Shown here: positions 29,995 to 40,002 of the stretch, piece after piece
Layout of the letters: every line of letters starts with the position of its first letter
Position numbering within the stretch: position 1 is the stretch's first letter
The notes under the pieces: model-generated
The model's input: the letters and a program-made list of their open reading frames with translations, nothing else
What the model was told of the DNA's origin: nothing
Database searches by the model: none
From: Blastocatellia bacterium
GTDB lineage: Bacteria > Acidobacteriota > Blastocatellia > UBA7656
NCBI GenBank assembly: GCA_963765495.1
Contig: CAVXWP010000012.1
Coordinates: 96,001 to 160,000 of the forward strand
DNA length: 64,000 nucleotides
Direction: 5' to 3'
Program-made: the position numbers and the translations under genes

Positions 29995-30293
29995 TCAGGA
30001 AAAATTGGAGGGTGGTTCGTCCGGGCCTATTCGATCGCCAAGCGTGACCGCTACACTTGCGCCGACGCTGTAGGCGATAAAACAGTCATTTGCCGAATTG
30101 AAGAAGTAGGGTTTGTCAGGCCAGGTTTTGAGATAGTCGAGCGACGTGCGTCCATGCCGATTGAGCAATTCCTTTGCCCGTGCGCGTTCCTGCGGCAAGG
30201 CGCGAAGATGATACAGAATCGGGCGAAAAGCGAGATCAATCCATACGCTGCAAACAAGACGATGCAGATGAGCGTTTGTACTCGCTTTCTCAT
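29995..30293 (-). pseudogene. Fragment of MprF/DUF2156-type aminoacyl-phosphatidylglycerol synthase
   Basis: ERARAKELLNRHGRTSLDYLKTWPDKPYFF...FIAY.V...VAVTLGD.IG matches the start of the DUF2156 domain; preceding TM helix is in another frame; stops early. Confidence 0.65.
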
Positions 30294-30491
30294 TCCGAAT
30301 CCCTCTAAATCGGGATGGCCGCCCGGGACTCTGCCCTGCCAGCGCGAAGGCTCTTAGAGCCGCTCAACCACCGGCTGCAAAGAACGCGACGGGAGCGTCA
30401 GCGATGACGCACAGTCTCTCCCAATTCTGCGCGGCAACAGCCGGCGACTCCCGTCGTGTGTCGTGCAGGCTCAGGCAAAATCGCGCCGCCC

Positions 30492-30905
30492 CTATAATGC
30501 GATACGCTCGATTGTCTGTGTCAGCACGTCAAAATCAAACGGCTTGACGATGTAGGCTTGCGCTCCCGCCTCCATCGCTTTGTTAATGTCAGCCTGGCGA
30601 GCGTAAGCCGATAGAAGAACGATAGGGGTTTGGCCGTCGAATGCATGAATCCGGCTGCACAAATCAACGCCACGGCCGTCGGGATACCAGTCGTCAAGGA
30701 GGAGCAGATCAAAGCCGCCCTTTCCGATCAACATCAGTGTCTCGGCCAGGCTGCCAGACGTTGTCACCTCGTAGCCGTATATTTCAAGAAAGAGGGCCAT
30801 CATTTCGCGGTTATCCTCATCATAATCCGCGCACAAGATGCGCTTGTGTCTTTCAACCGCCACACCCGAATCATCGCTTTTCAACGCAAAAACTGTGTTG
30901 CTCAT
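30492..30905 (-). CDS. Single-domain response regulator (REC)
   Basis: ILCADYDED, DLLLLD..PDG.G, LLSA, YIVKPF motifs. Confidence 0.88.
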   Translation of the reverse strand: MSNTVFALKSDDSGVAVERHKRILCADYDEDNREMMALFLEIYGYEVTTSGSLAETLMLIGKGGFDLLLLDDWYPDGRGVDLCSRIHAFDGQTPIVLLSAYARQADINKAMEAGAQAYIVKPFDFDVLTQTIERIAL

Positions 30906-31147
30906 ATCAGTTCCCTCACCCGAGTCGGCTTGGTTCCAGAGTTACAAGAGTGAGTGAGAAAGTAGTCTCTTTGTTCGTGTTTCACTCTTGTGACCCGCTC
31001 AAGCATCTAAAGGAGCCAGCAAGAGACTGTTCGGTATCATACCAAAGCAGAAAGACCTGTTAAGAATCGTAGGTGCATGACATCTATGATTGCCTTGAGC
31101 CGTTCGAAAGAGCCGCGTTTGCGCCAGCGTGGCTGCCGGTTTTCTCT

Positions 31148-31201
31148 CCGACCGTTGCGCGGGTTATTCGTAGGGGGCTACTTCGCCCGCGCAACGGTTG
31201 G
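31148..31201. terminator. Strong stem-loop downstream of the 31211-31663 gene
   Basis: accgttgcgcggg / cccgcgcaacggt perfect 13-bp inverted repeat; no clear U tract. Confidence 0.45.
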
Positions 31202-31210
31202 GCGTCGGGG

Positions 31211-31663
31211 TTATCGCTTTGATGAAGCGCTGAAAGCGACCACCGTGACGTAACTGCTTCGGCCAGCCATCGCCTCTTCTTTTTCAAACCGGCGCTCAGC
31301 GCGCGGCCTGCGGACCTCTGCGCCAGCCGGGTTCCACGAATCAAAAATCTCAGAAAGAAAGTATCGGTCGCCTACATGATGAAAGATCAATTCCGCCTGA
31401 TGAGGTTCCCCCTTTGCCTGAGCATTTTCGATACCGAATACCTCCAGAACCTTGCCTTCTTTATAGCTTATCGTCATGAGACTTCCAGGCGATGAGTCAA
31501 CGGGTTTTACGGTGTATTGACCCGAAGGCATGGTCTTATTTCCAACCGTGAAATCAAACGGTATGTTAGCCACCACGGCATTGATCACCTGGGCTCGTGC
31601 CGTGCCGACACCTGCCAGGGCTAACAAGGATATTGTTGCAATGATCGTAAATAGCTTTTTCAT
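31211..31663 (-). CDS. Secreted hypothetical protein (IPFDF.VG.K..P.G.Y family)
   Basis: Signal peptide ending ARA; GGAGAG RBS; LIFH..GD.YFLSEI motif. Confidence 0.8.
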   Translation of the reverse strand: MKKLFTIIATISLLALAGVGTARAQVINAVVANIPFDFTVGNKTMPSGQYTVKPVDSSPGSLMTISYKEGKVLEVFGIENAQAKGEPHQAELIFHHVGDRYFLSEIFDSWNPAGAEVRRPRAERRFEKEEAMAGRSSYVTVVAFSASSKR

Positions 31664-31872
31664 CTTTTCTCTCCAATCTGTTCAAACAAATTCAAGTTCC
31701 TGTCTCTAGCACCTCCGCCAATCGGTTGACTCCTGACTGATCCGTCTGCCTGAGCGCCGAGAAAGAGGCTGATTGACAGAGCCAGCCGCATAAGGAGTTT
31801 CGATTGTTTCTTCATCTTCGCCTCATTCCGCAGGGCGGTCTGCGCGTCTGTCGGTTGCTCAAAAGGTCTTTG

Positions 31873-32370
31873 TCAGGCTATGGCGGCAAGCCACTCTTGC
31901 CGGTTGTCTTCCGCGTCGCGTCGCGGCTTGCAGATGCGCCCGTAGGCTTCTATCAGTTCCTGGCAGGAGATTGGCGAAGTTTCTGCTCCCGCCGATCTCA
32001 AGCAACACGTCAAGATGTCGGAAAACGAGAGCAAGCCTCGCAAAACGCCCGACTGATCAATCACCGGTAGCCGCCTGACCTGTACAGTCGCCATCCAGTT
32101 GAGGGCTACTTTGATGTGGTCCTCGGGGCCACATGCGTATACAGGTTTTGACATAACTTCCCCCACGTTGATATTTGACGGGCTGCGAAGCGTCATTGCC
32201 ACGGCGATGCTGATATCACGATCAGTGATCAGGCCTATCACGCCATCGTCATCTCCGAGCACCGGCAGCGCGCCGCAATCCTTTGCCCACATGATTTCCG
32301 CGGCCGCTACCAGAGACGAATCCGGCCAACACCCAAAAACTTCTTTCGTCATCATCTCCTGAACCTTCAT
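31873..32370 (-). CDS. CBS domain protein
   Basis: MKVQEMMT, GALPV, GLITDRDI, VRRLPVID; AGGGAG RBS. Confidence 0.92.
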   Translation of the reverse strand: MKVQEMMTKEVFGCWPDSSLVAAAEIMWAKDCGALPVLGDDDGVIGLITDRDISIAVAMTLRSPSNINVGEVMSKPVYACGPEDHIKVALNWMATVQVRRLPVIDQSGVLRGLLSFSDILTCCLRSAGAETSPISCQELIEAYGRICKPRRDAEDNRQEWLAAIA

Positions 32371-32435
32371 GCTAAAACTCCCTTTTTGCGAGTCGCACCC
32401 AACCGGCTCGTTTAATTCTGCTCAAACAGACGAAA

Positions 32436-32451
32436 GGCAATGTTTGTGCCA
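32436..32451 (-). promoter_or_regulatory. Sigma-54 promoter of the CBS gene
   Basis: TGGCAC-AAACA-TTGC consensus match about 65 bp upstream of the ATG. Confidence 0.75.
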
Positions 32452-32896
32452 GCGGCGAAAACCGTCTTGCAGGCGATGGCTGGCGGCTCGGAATATAGGA
32501 AATCGTGTAGCGAAATGCTGTTTCTGTTTGAGGGGTAGCCCGCCTAATATGGATTTTCTGTCCTTTCCCGGAGATGGTTGTCGGTGACACTGCCGGAAAG
32601 GTTCTTTGATGGTGAGTGTAGAATCAAACCCCTTCGCAGTCCCAATTTGCCACATGCAGAAGATAAGGCTTCTCTTCCTGCGCCCTGTGAATCAGGCATC
32701 TCGGCATACTATGATTAAAGAGGTAAGCGGTGATAGATGTGTCTGTAACTCAATGGCCTTCACGGCTGTCTTGCAGGCATTTTTATGATTAAATGAGATG
32801 TTTCCTCGTTTTTGAAAAAATGCGGGAGGCGCTCTTGCGGGCCTGACCGGCAAGCAGCCCTTTTGAAGCATTCTGTAGGCTACAACAGGGATAGAC

Positions 32897-32912
32897 TGGC
32901 AAGGGAGTTGCA
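32897..32912 (+). promoter_or_regulatory. Sigma-54 promoter of the HK-RR operon
   Basis: TGGCAA-GGGAG-TTGCA about 65 bp upstream of ATG 32977. Confidence 0.6.
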
Positions 32913-32976
32913 CATTATGAACGAGCTTCAAAAATGGGAGAGCGGGTCCGGGCAACTTTGGTCGTGGTGGAAGCCA

Positions 32977-34497
32977 ATGGCGATAAGCACGCGGTTAATT
33001 CTATTCCTAACAATCGCGGTAAGTGTGGTGATCGCTGTCACCAGTTATACCAGCCTGCGCCGACGCGAGGCCGGTTTGAATCAGGCAATGCGATCAGAGG
33101 TTGTTGCCCACGCCTATACCTTGCAGATTGCCCTTGAGGATCTCTTCAGAGCAGGCCGGTCTTCCGACGCGGCGCATCTGGTTGATCGTTTGAGTGACAA
33201 CCCCTACCTTTTTCGCGTCACCCTGTTTGATGAAACCGGGCGCGTCCTGATCTACTCGGATCTGGATACGGCGGGCGAACAATCTACAGACCCGGAAGTC
33301 CTTAAGACCATTGCCACCGGAAACAGAATTGAGCACTTGCACGTGACCGGAGGTCAGGAGTACTTTGCAATCATCCTGCCCGTACAACTCGGTGAAGGGC
33401 GGCAAGGAGCCTTCGAGATTGCCCAGCCTACCGCTTCTTTGCAAGCCGATATCGCTCATGCCCGTCGCACCCAGGCGACCAATCTGGCTGCTGTCGTCGG
33501 TGTGATTTTAATCATCGTATCGGTAGTATTGCGTCGAAGTCTGGCGCGACCAATCAAGGCGTTGCTCGAAGGGGCAGAAGCCATCGGGCGCGGCGATCTC
33601 AGCTATCGAGTAACTTTGTTGCGGAAGAATGATGAGTTTTCTCGACTGGCGAGCGAGTTCAATCGCATGGCCGACAGTCTCGGCGCTCAGCACGAAGCGG
33701 CAGTACGCGCCGCCGAGCAGAGGGTTGAGCTTGAGAGAGAGTTGCGGCACCGCGACCGGCTCGTGCTGATTGGCAGGATTTCGGCCTCGGTCGCCCACGA
33801 GATGGGCACGCCGCTAAACGTAATCGATGGTCGCGCCGCCCAGTTATTACAGCGACCGGATTCGCCGATTGATATGCGCCAGCGCAACCTGACGATCATA
33901 CGCGAGCAGACCCGGCGCATCGCCCAGGTTGTGCGTCAATTGCTCGATCTGGCGCGCACAAACGGGATACGCCGCCAGCCGGTTGATCTGGCACAGGTTT
34001 TTAACGATGTCAGCGAGTTGATCGAAGGCGAGGCGGACCGCCAGGGCGTCAGCGTCGAGATTGTTGCCGGTCCGCCGGTCTGCATCGAAGGCGATAAGGA
34101 TATGCTGCGCCAGGTTTTTCTCAATCTCTGCATCAACGCCATCCAGGCCATGCCACAGGGCGGGCATCTGCGAGTCGAGTGCCAAAGCGATGGCCCGATC
34201 AAAGCTGACCGGCAATTCATCGTCGCGAGTGTGTCCGATAGCGGCGACGGAATTGCGCCCGAGCACCTGCCGCAGATATTTGATCCTTTTTTCACGACCA
34301 AGGATGTCGGGCAAGGGACGGGGCTTGGGCTGGCCGTGTCTCGCCGCATAGTCGAGGATCACGGCGGCTGGATCACGGCGGCCAATGACCCGCTTAACAA
34401 TGGCGCTGTTTTCGCGGTGTTCCTGCCACAATGGCAAGAGCGCCAGGAAGAAGTCGCCGGGCAAGTGACGGCGGAGGTCGGGCAGGAGACGAGATGA
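32977..34497 (+). CDS. HAMP-domain sensor histidine kinase (NtrB/ZraS-like)
   Basis: Two TM segments, HAMP, VAHEMGTPLN H-box, N-box, DSGDG, FDPFFTTK, GTGLGL. The ORF extends to 32812. Confidence 0.93.
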   Translation: MAISTRLILFLTIAVSVVIAVTSYTSLRRREAGLNQAMRSEVVAHAYTLQIALEDLFRAGRSSDAAHLVDRLSDNPYLFRVTLFDETGRVLIYSDLDTAGEQSTDPEVLKTIATGNRIEHLHVTGGQEYFAIILPVQLGEGRQGAFEIAQPTASLQADIAHARRTQATNLAAVVGVILIIVSVVLRRSLARPIKALLEGAEAIGRGDLSYRVTLLRKNDEFSRLASEFNRMADSLGAQHEAAVRAAEQRVELERELRHRDRLVLIGRISASVAHEMGTPLNVIDGRAAQLLQRPDSPIDMRQRNLTIIREQTRRIAQVVRQLLDLARTNGIRRQPVDLAQVFNDVSELIEGEADRQGVSVEIVAGPPVCIEGDKDMLRQVFLNLCINAIQAMPQGGHLRVECQSDGPIKADRQFIVASVSDSGDGIAPEHLPQIFDPFFTTKDVGQGTGLGLAVSRRIVEDHGGWITAANDPLNNGAVFAVFLPQWQERQEEVAGQVTAEVGQETR

Positions 34498-35864
34498 ACG
34501 AACGGTTGCTTATTGCGGAAGATGACGCGGACATGCGCGACCTGTTGCAGGAAGACCTGGAAAACGCCGGTTATGAGACCGTCATCGCGGTTGACGGCGC
34601 GGCGGCGCTGGATTATATCAAGCGCGAGCGCAAACCCGTTGATCTGATAATCACCGACGTGCAAATGCCCGGCCTGAAAGGCGACGTATTGCTCCAGGCG
34701 CTCCGCGAGCACCACGCCGAGATTCCGGTGATTGTTATTACGGGATTTGGCTCGGTCGAGCAAGCCGTGCATATGATCAAAGCGGGTGCCTTTCAATATC
34801 TGACGAAACCCTTTGAGACCGTCGAATTGCTGCAACTCATCGACGCGGCGCTCACGGCAAGCGCACCCCAGCGCGAGCAGGCGCGTCTGCGGCGTGAACT
34901 GCCTGCCGCGCCGGCGCAAATCATCGGCGCATCGCGGCCCATGCGGGAATTGTTCGAGTTGATCGCCCGCGCCGCGCGCAACACCAGCACGGTCTTGATC
35001 GCGGGCCAATCGGGGACCGGCAAAGAACTGGTCGCGCGCGCGCTGCACGAATCTTCTGGAAGGCGCGGCGCTTTCGTGCCGGTCAATTGCGCAGCCATTC
35101 CTGCGGAGTTGATTGAGGCCGAGTTGTTCGGGCATACGGGACAAGCTTTCACCGGCGCAAAGCAGGCGCGTCCGGGCCTTTTTGAATCGGCTGACGAAGG
35201 GACGATATTTCTGGATGAGATAGGCGAATTGCCTCTGGCCATGCAGCCGAAATTACTTCGTGTTTTACAGGAAGGCGCAGTGCGGCGGGTCGGCGCAGAT
35301 CGTGAGCGCGAAATCAAGGTGCGGGTTGTTGCGGCCACCAACCGCGATCTGGAAGAAGAGGTGCGCGCCGGAAGATTTCGCGAGGACCTTTACTGGCGAT
35401 TGAACGTCATACACCTGCGTGTGCCGAGCTTGCGTGAACGCAGGTTCGATATCCCGCTGCTGGTTGAGCACTTCATCGCTAAAGCCGCCGAAGCGTCCGG
35501 CATGCCGTCGCTAGATGTTTCGCCCGAAGCGCTGGCTATGTTGACGGCTTATGATTGGCCGGGAAATGTGCGTGAACTGGGGAACGCCCTCGAGCGCGCC
35601 GTGGCGATGGCGGACGGAGCTATCTTACAGCCCTCCGACCTGCCCGAGCGGATTCAATCAGGCGGTGCCACGGCCGCGCTGATCACTCACGGTCGTGAGC
35701 GGCGGTTGAGCCTCCGAGAGCTTGAGCGCGAGTACATACTTGAGATTCTGCACGAAACAGATGGCAACAAGTTGCGCGCTGCCGAGATACTCAAAGTCGA
35801 CCGCAAAACGCTCTACCGCAAGCTCGATGAGTATCGCGCCGAAGACCCCACGCTGGAAATTTGA
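34494..35864 (+). CDS. Sigma-54-dependent response regulator (NtrC/AtoC family)
   Basis: REC + GQSGTGKE + QAFTGA + WPGNVREL + HTH; ATGA overlap with the kinase stop. Confidence 0.94.
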   Translation: MNERLLIAEDDADMRDLLQEDLENAGYETVIAVDGAAALDYIKRERKPVDLIITDVQMPGLKGDVLLQALREHHAEIPVIVITGFGSVEQAVHMIKAGAFQYLTKPFETVELLQLIDAALTASAPQREQARLRRELPAAPAQIIGASRPMRELFELIARAARNTSTVLIAGQSGTGKELVARALHESSGRRGAFVPVNCAAIPAELIEAELFGHTGQAFTGAKQARPGLFESADEGTIFLDEIGELPLAMQPKLLRVLQEGAVRRVGADREREIKVRVVAATNRDLEEEVRAGRFREDLYWRLNVIHLRVPSLRERRFDIPLLVEHFIAKAAEASGMPSLDVSPEALAMLTAYDWPGNVRELGNALERAVAMADGAILQPSDLPERIQSGGATAALITHGRERRLSLRELEREYILEILHETDGNKLRAAEILKVDRKTLYRKLDEYRAEDPTLEI

Positions 35865-36152
35865 GCCGAAGGTAATCACTCGCCTCTATCCTCCCAGAGA
35901 AACTAAATATTCAAGTCTGGGGAGATTCTTCGAAACGCCTCTTAACGCAATTCCCGGTCGCGTATAAATTGGCTCCGGGTGCCCGCGACTCATAAACTGA
36001 ATGACATTGACAGCGATAGGATAAGCAAAGTATTTTTCTCGCGCTCCGCTTCTATCTTCCGTCTACGGGGGAGGCTGGGCGGCGGGCGGCGCGTAAACGA
36101 ATGACCAGAGTTAGCACGTGAAAGGCATACGCTTCCTTTCATTAGCCTTATC

Positions 36153-37742
36153 TTGTTTTTGAATTTTAATACCTATCACATCTTCTCCGGCAGGCGTGGC
36201 ATAGCCGTAATCGGCTTGGTGGCTGCGGCCCTCTCTTTAACAGCGTTCCTCTATTTTTTCTCTCACGCAATGACGAATCTTTACGGAGATGGAGTTGCCC
36301 ACGTCAACATCGCCCGCAAAGTCGTAGACAGCCCCGACAGTTCTCTGTGGCAGCGATATATGCAGATCGGTTCCCCGTGGCTCCCTCTGCAAACGGCGTT
36401 GATGCTGCCGCTTGTAGCAAACGACTGGATGTGGAGGACCGGAGTGGCAGGAAGCATACTTTCGATGTTCGCTTTCATAGTTGCCGCCGTCGCGTTGTTT
36501 CTTCACGCCAGATACCTGTACGGCAAACAGGAAGAGCCTTACCGTAATCTTTTGCCCGTGATTGCCGCCGCCGTTTTCATCCTGAACCCGAGCGCGCTCT
36601 ACATGCAGACGACTCCCATGACCGAGTTGATTTTTCTGGCAACGATTACGGTCGCGGCGCTCAGTATTCGGCGCTGGGTGGAGGTTCAAACACAGGCGCG
36701 GCTCGTGGTTGCCGCTCTGGCCATGACGGTTGCCACACTCGCCCGTTATGAAGCGTGGCCGGTCGCGTTTCTAGCGGTCGCAGTGGTTGCGCTTTGCTCT
36801 CGCGGCAGCCTCGGTCATAGAGTGAAAAATGCGTCGCTGTTTTCAGCGATTGTTCTTGTAGGGCCGATCTACTGGTTATGGCACAACTGGGCGATCTATG
36901 GCGATGCGCTGTGGTTCCTCACCGGGCCGTATTCGGCGCGGGGCCTCTATCTTCAGAATCGGGCCAATCTCGGCTGGTCGAAAATCTTTGTGGGGCACGC
37001 CTTGCTCGATGTGTTGTTGATGGCCGTGACCGTGGCGGTTTGTGTAGGGCCGCTTGTGATGCTGCTTGCGGCAACCGGGCTGGGCAGGTTGATCTTTGTC
37101 AGACGCCGGGAGTTTATCGAAGAAACGCCGGCTCTGCTGCTGCTGGTCCCCTTCTTTTTTCACGTCTTCAGCCTCTACAGGGGAGAGATTCAGATTTTCC
37201 CTTTGAGCGTTTTCGGGCTCCTCAATGCAAGGTACGGCCTGCCTCATCTGGCAGGCGCGGCATTGTTTGCCCCGGCTGCGGCCCTGCTTTTTAAGCGCGT
37301 GAATCCGCGATGGGCAATCGCCTCGGTCTGTCTGATCGTAGCCGCGCAATACCTCTATTTAGTATCAGACGGCGCAACCGATCTGGCGGTCTATCAGGAA
37401 GCTTACCGTAACGGGGTGAATGCCCGGCCCGCGCGGGAACGCGCTCGCGCTTCCGCGTGGCTAAAAGAGCATCCGCCGGAACCTGTAATACTGATGAACA
37501 CGGGCGCGCTCGGCCCTCTGGTGTCGGAGGGTGGTCTCCGCTTTTCAGAGATAGTTCACGAAGGCACCAAAAGGTGGCATCAGATAAAAGAGCAAATTCC
37601 AGACGATGTCTCTACAATCGTAATTCAGGAGGGCGACCCGCTCGATCTTAAACTGCGAGAAAACGCGGCGCTTGCTCGTGATCTGGCCAAAGACTTTCAA
37701 GAACGTTTTGCGGTTGGCAATATTCGTATCTTCGAACGATGA
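36153..37742 (+). CDS. Polytopic membrane glycosyltransferase (GT-C, ArnT/PMT-like)
   Basis: YGD..AH.NIAR, WLPL, PMTE, RYEAW motifs; many TM segments; start uncertain. Confidence 0.75.
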   Translation: MFLNFNTYHIFSGRRGIAVIGLVAAALSLTAFLYFFSHAMTNLYGDGVAHVNIARKVVDSPDSSLWQRYMQIGSPWLPLQTALMLPLVANDWMWRTGVAGSILSMFAFIVAAVALFLHARYLYGKQEEPYRNLLPVIAAAVFILNPSALYMQTTPMTELIFLATITVAALSIRRWVEVQTQARLVVAALAMTVATLARYEAWPVAFLAVAVVALCSRGSLGHRVKNASLFSAIVLVGPIYWLWHNWAIYGDALWFLTGPYSARGLYLQNRANLGWSKIFVGHALLDVLLMAVTVAVCVGPLVMLLAATGLGRLIFVRRREFIEETPALLLLVPFFFHVFSLYRGEIQIFPLSVFGLLNARYGLPHLAGAALFAPAAALLFKRVNPRWAIASVCLIVAAQYLYLVSDGATDLAVYQEAYRNGVNARPARERARASAWLKEHPPEPVILMNTGALGPLVSEGGLRFSEIVHEGTKRWHQIKEQIPDDVSTIVIQEGDPLDLKLRENAALARDLAKDFQERFAVGNIRIFER

Positions 37743-38020
37743 TAGAGTCAGACAGGTATCGAATCTTATTCGGGCAGATTATCCATATGATCTCTGCACC
37801 CTTATTGGAGGTCGATTTATGATCCGAAATCAGACACTCCCGGTTTCTAACCCTCGCTTCAGACAGCGTAATTTATACGGCAAATCACAGCAAAATGCGC
37901 CTCAGATTCAGATGGTCGCTCAGGCTCGGCTGCCGTTGTTTGCCGAGTCGCTTGCAAGGCAGTATCCTGTATGTTAGACATTGAAAGGAATATCATTCTA
38001 TTTAAGAGAGTAAAAACTTT

Positions 38021-38683
38021 ATGACAAGGAGAGGCATGAGAGGTAAGATTACGATATTCATAGATGGCAATAACCTATTTCATGCGGCGAGATCAGTGGG
38101 TGTAGAGATAGATTACGCCAAATTTCTGAATTTCTTGCGCGGTGATTCGGCCCTGCTCAGGGCATTCTTCTACACGGGTGTTGATGAAAAGGCAGAGCGT
38201 CAGCAGGGGTTCCTGCTCTGGATGCGAAGAAACGGGTATCGTGTAGTTGAAAAAGAGCTAAAGACTTATGCCGACGGCACAAAGAAAGCAAATCTCGACG
38301 TGGAGATCGCCGTAGACATGCTCAGTCTGGCCGACAAATACGATACGGCGGTGCTGGTTTCAGGAGATGAAGATTTCGCGTATGCCATAAATGCGGTTGC
38401 CTACAAAGGAGTGCGCGTCGAACTGGCCGGATTCCGCAGCAATACAAGCCCACGATTGATTGATGTGGCTGATCAGTTTATCGAACTGGATTCGCACATT
38501 GATGAAATCACCAAATCAGATAGCCGTTACAACTATCAAACTCATAATCACAATCATCACTATTCAAACGGGTACGGTCAGAATCAATATACTTCGGGTA
38601 ATTATGCTCATCCTCGCTCGGACGATAACCTCTTGCGAGTCACCGATGAGGAACCTGAGATCGAGATGGGCGAGGAAGTATAA
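38021..38683 (+). CDS. NYN domain protein (LabA/DUF88)
   Basis: IFIDGNN, KANLDVEIAVDM, LVSGDEDF motifs. Confidence 0.92.
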   Translation: MTRRGMRGKITIFIDGNNLFHAARSVGVEIDYAKFLNFLRGDSALLRAFFYTGVDEKAERQQGFLLWMRRNGYRVVEKELKTYADGTKKANLDVEIAVDMLSLADKYDTAVLVSGDEDFAYAINAVAYKGVRVELAGFRSNTSPRLIDVADQFIELDSHIDEITKSDSRYNYQTHNHNHHYSNGYGQNQYTSGNYAHPRSDDNLLRVTDEEPEIEMGEEV

Positions 38684-38783
38684 ACGTGATGCGTGAAGAG
38701 TGATTCGTGATTCACCTGTCTTGCCATTTGTCTTTAACAGGCGGTCTGCCTGAAAGTCACGCATCACTCTTCACGCATCACGT
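38684..38783. repeat. Heptamer palindrome, GTGATGC family
   Basis: 27-bp arms (38684-38710 / 38757-38783) with 1 mismatch; overlaps the stop of the ABC ATPase gene. Confidence 0.9.
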
Positions 38784-39808
38784 GAACGCATTTCCGCCGA
38801 TACGTCTGTGCGAATACAGGCAACGCGGTGATGGGGGCGTATCTCGATCAGCGGCGGCTTCTCTTTTCTGCACTCTTCGACGGCTATCGGACAGCGCGTG
38901 TGAAAACGGCACCCGGGAGGCGGGTTGATCGGCGTAGGCGCGTCACCTTCAACGCGAATGCGTCTGCGCTTTGCTCGCGGCACGGGGATCGGTATTGATG
39001 ACAAAAGCGCCTGCGTGTAGGGGTGCAGAGGGTTTGCAAACATCTCTTCGGTTTCGGCCTCTTCGACTATCTCTCCCAGATACATCACAGCAACGCGGTC
39101 GGAAATGTGTTTGACCACGGCCAGGTCGTGCGCGATGAAAAGATATGTGAGATCGAATTCCTGCTGAAGCTCTTTGAGCAGATTCAGTATCTGCGCCTGG
39201 ATGGAAACATCGAGCGCCGACACGGCCTCGTCACACACTATAAAGCGAGGGCGCACGGAAAGCGCGCGCGCGATGCCGATTCTCTGGCGCTGGCCGCCCG
39301 AAAACTCGTGCGGATAACGATTCGCATGCTCAGGCGCAAGCCCCACGAGGCGAAGAAGATCGGCGACCTGATCCCCCACCGTCTGCCGCCGCGAAGCAGC
39401 AGGGCGAGCGTTTGTCTCGTCTGCTTCGATCCGGTGAACAAGCAGCGGTTCGGCAAGCATGGCTCCGACCGTCATACGCGGATTCAGCGAACCGTAAGGG
39501 TCTTGAAATATGATCTGCATCTCGCGACGCAGCCTGCGCATTTCGCGCGCGCTCAGTGAGAGCAATTCCTGCCCGTCAAAAACCAGTCGCCCCGATGTCG
39601 GCTCAATAAGTCTCAGAATGGCTCGCCCTGTAGTGGTCTTTCCGCAGCCAGATTCGCCGACGAGCCCGAGAGTCTGGCCGCGAGGTATCGAAAAGGATAT
39701 TCCGTCTACGGCCCGCACATGCCCGACGATCTTCGGCACTATGCCCTTGCGAATCGGGTAATGTTTCACGAGATTTTCGACTACCAGCAAATCATCCATG
39801 AAAGGCAA
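38771..39808 (-). CDS. oppF: Oligopeptide/dipeptide ABC transporter ATPase (OppF/DppF-like)
   Basis: [30 protein letters not shown]-terminal Cys cluster. Confidence 0.9.
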   Translation of the reverse strand: MPFMDDLLVVENLVKHYPIRKGIVPKIVGHVRAVDGISFSIPRGQTLGLVGESGCGKTTTGRAILRLIEPTSGRLVFDGQELLSLSAREMRRLRREMQIIFQDPYGSLNPRMTVGAMLAEPLLVHRIEADETNARPAASRRQTVGDQVADLLRLVGLAPEHANRYPHEFSGGQRQRIGIARALSVRPRFIVCDEAVSALDVSIQAQILNLLKELQQEFDLTYLFIAHDLAVVKHISDRVAVMYLGEIVEEAETEEMFANPLHPYTQALLSSIPIPVPRAKRRRIRVEGDAPTPINPPPGCRFHTRCPIAVEECRKEKPPLIEIRPHHRVACIRTDVSAEMRSRDA

Positions 39809-39820
39809 GCTCGTCGCTTT

Positions 39821-39863
39821 ATTTCAAATCTGAAAGAGATTTCAAATCTCATCTCAAATCTCA
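39821..39863. repeat. Degenerate ATYTCAA heptamer tract
   Basis: atttcaaatctgaaagagatttcaaatctcatctcaaatctca. Confidence 0.55.
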
Positions 39864-40002
39864 TAATAACTGATTCCGGTATTAGGATAACAAAGCCTGA
39901 TGGCTCTTGCGACTTCCTTCCGTCTTCAAGCGAACCCCTATTCCCACCCGCTCTCATCCTTCCCGGTCGTGAAGGGGGATGATTTTGAGTCTTTATGCGC
40001 TT

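Noticed and set aside
29593-30357. 254-aa plus-strand ORF
   Set aside because: It runs across the mini-element and is antisense to the MprF relic; no recognisable motif.
31090-31140. GTTCGAAAGAGC hairpin as a c-di-GMP-I riboswitch
   Set aside because: Flanking conserved elements are missing and it is on the strand opposite the local genes.
32812-32976. N-terminal extension of the histidine kinase
   Set aside because: It overlaps the candidate sigma-54 promoter, and the first TM segment follows ATG 32977.
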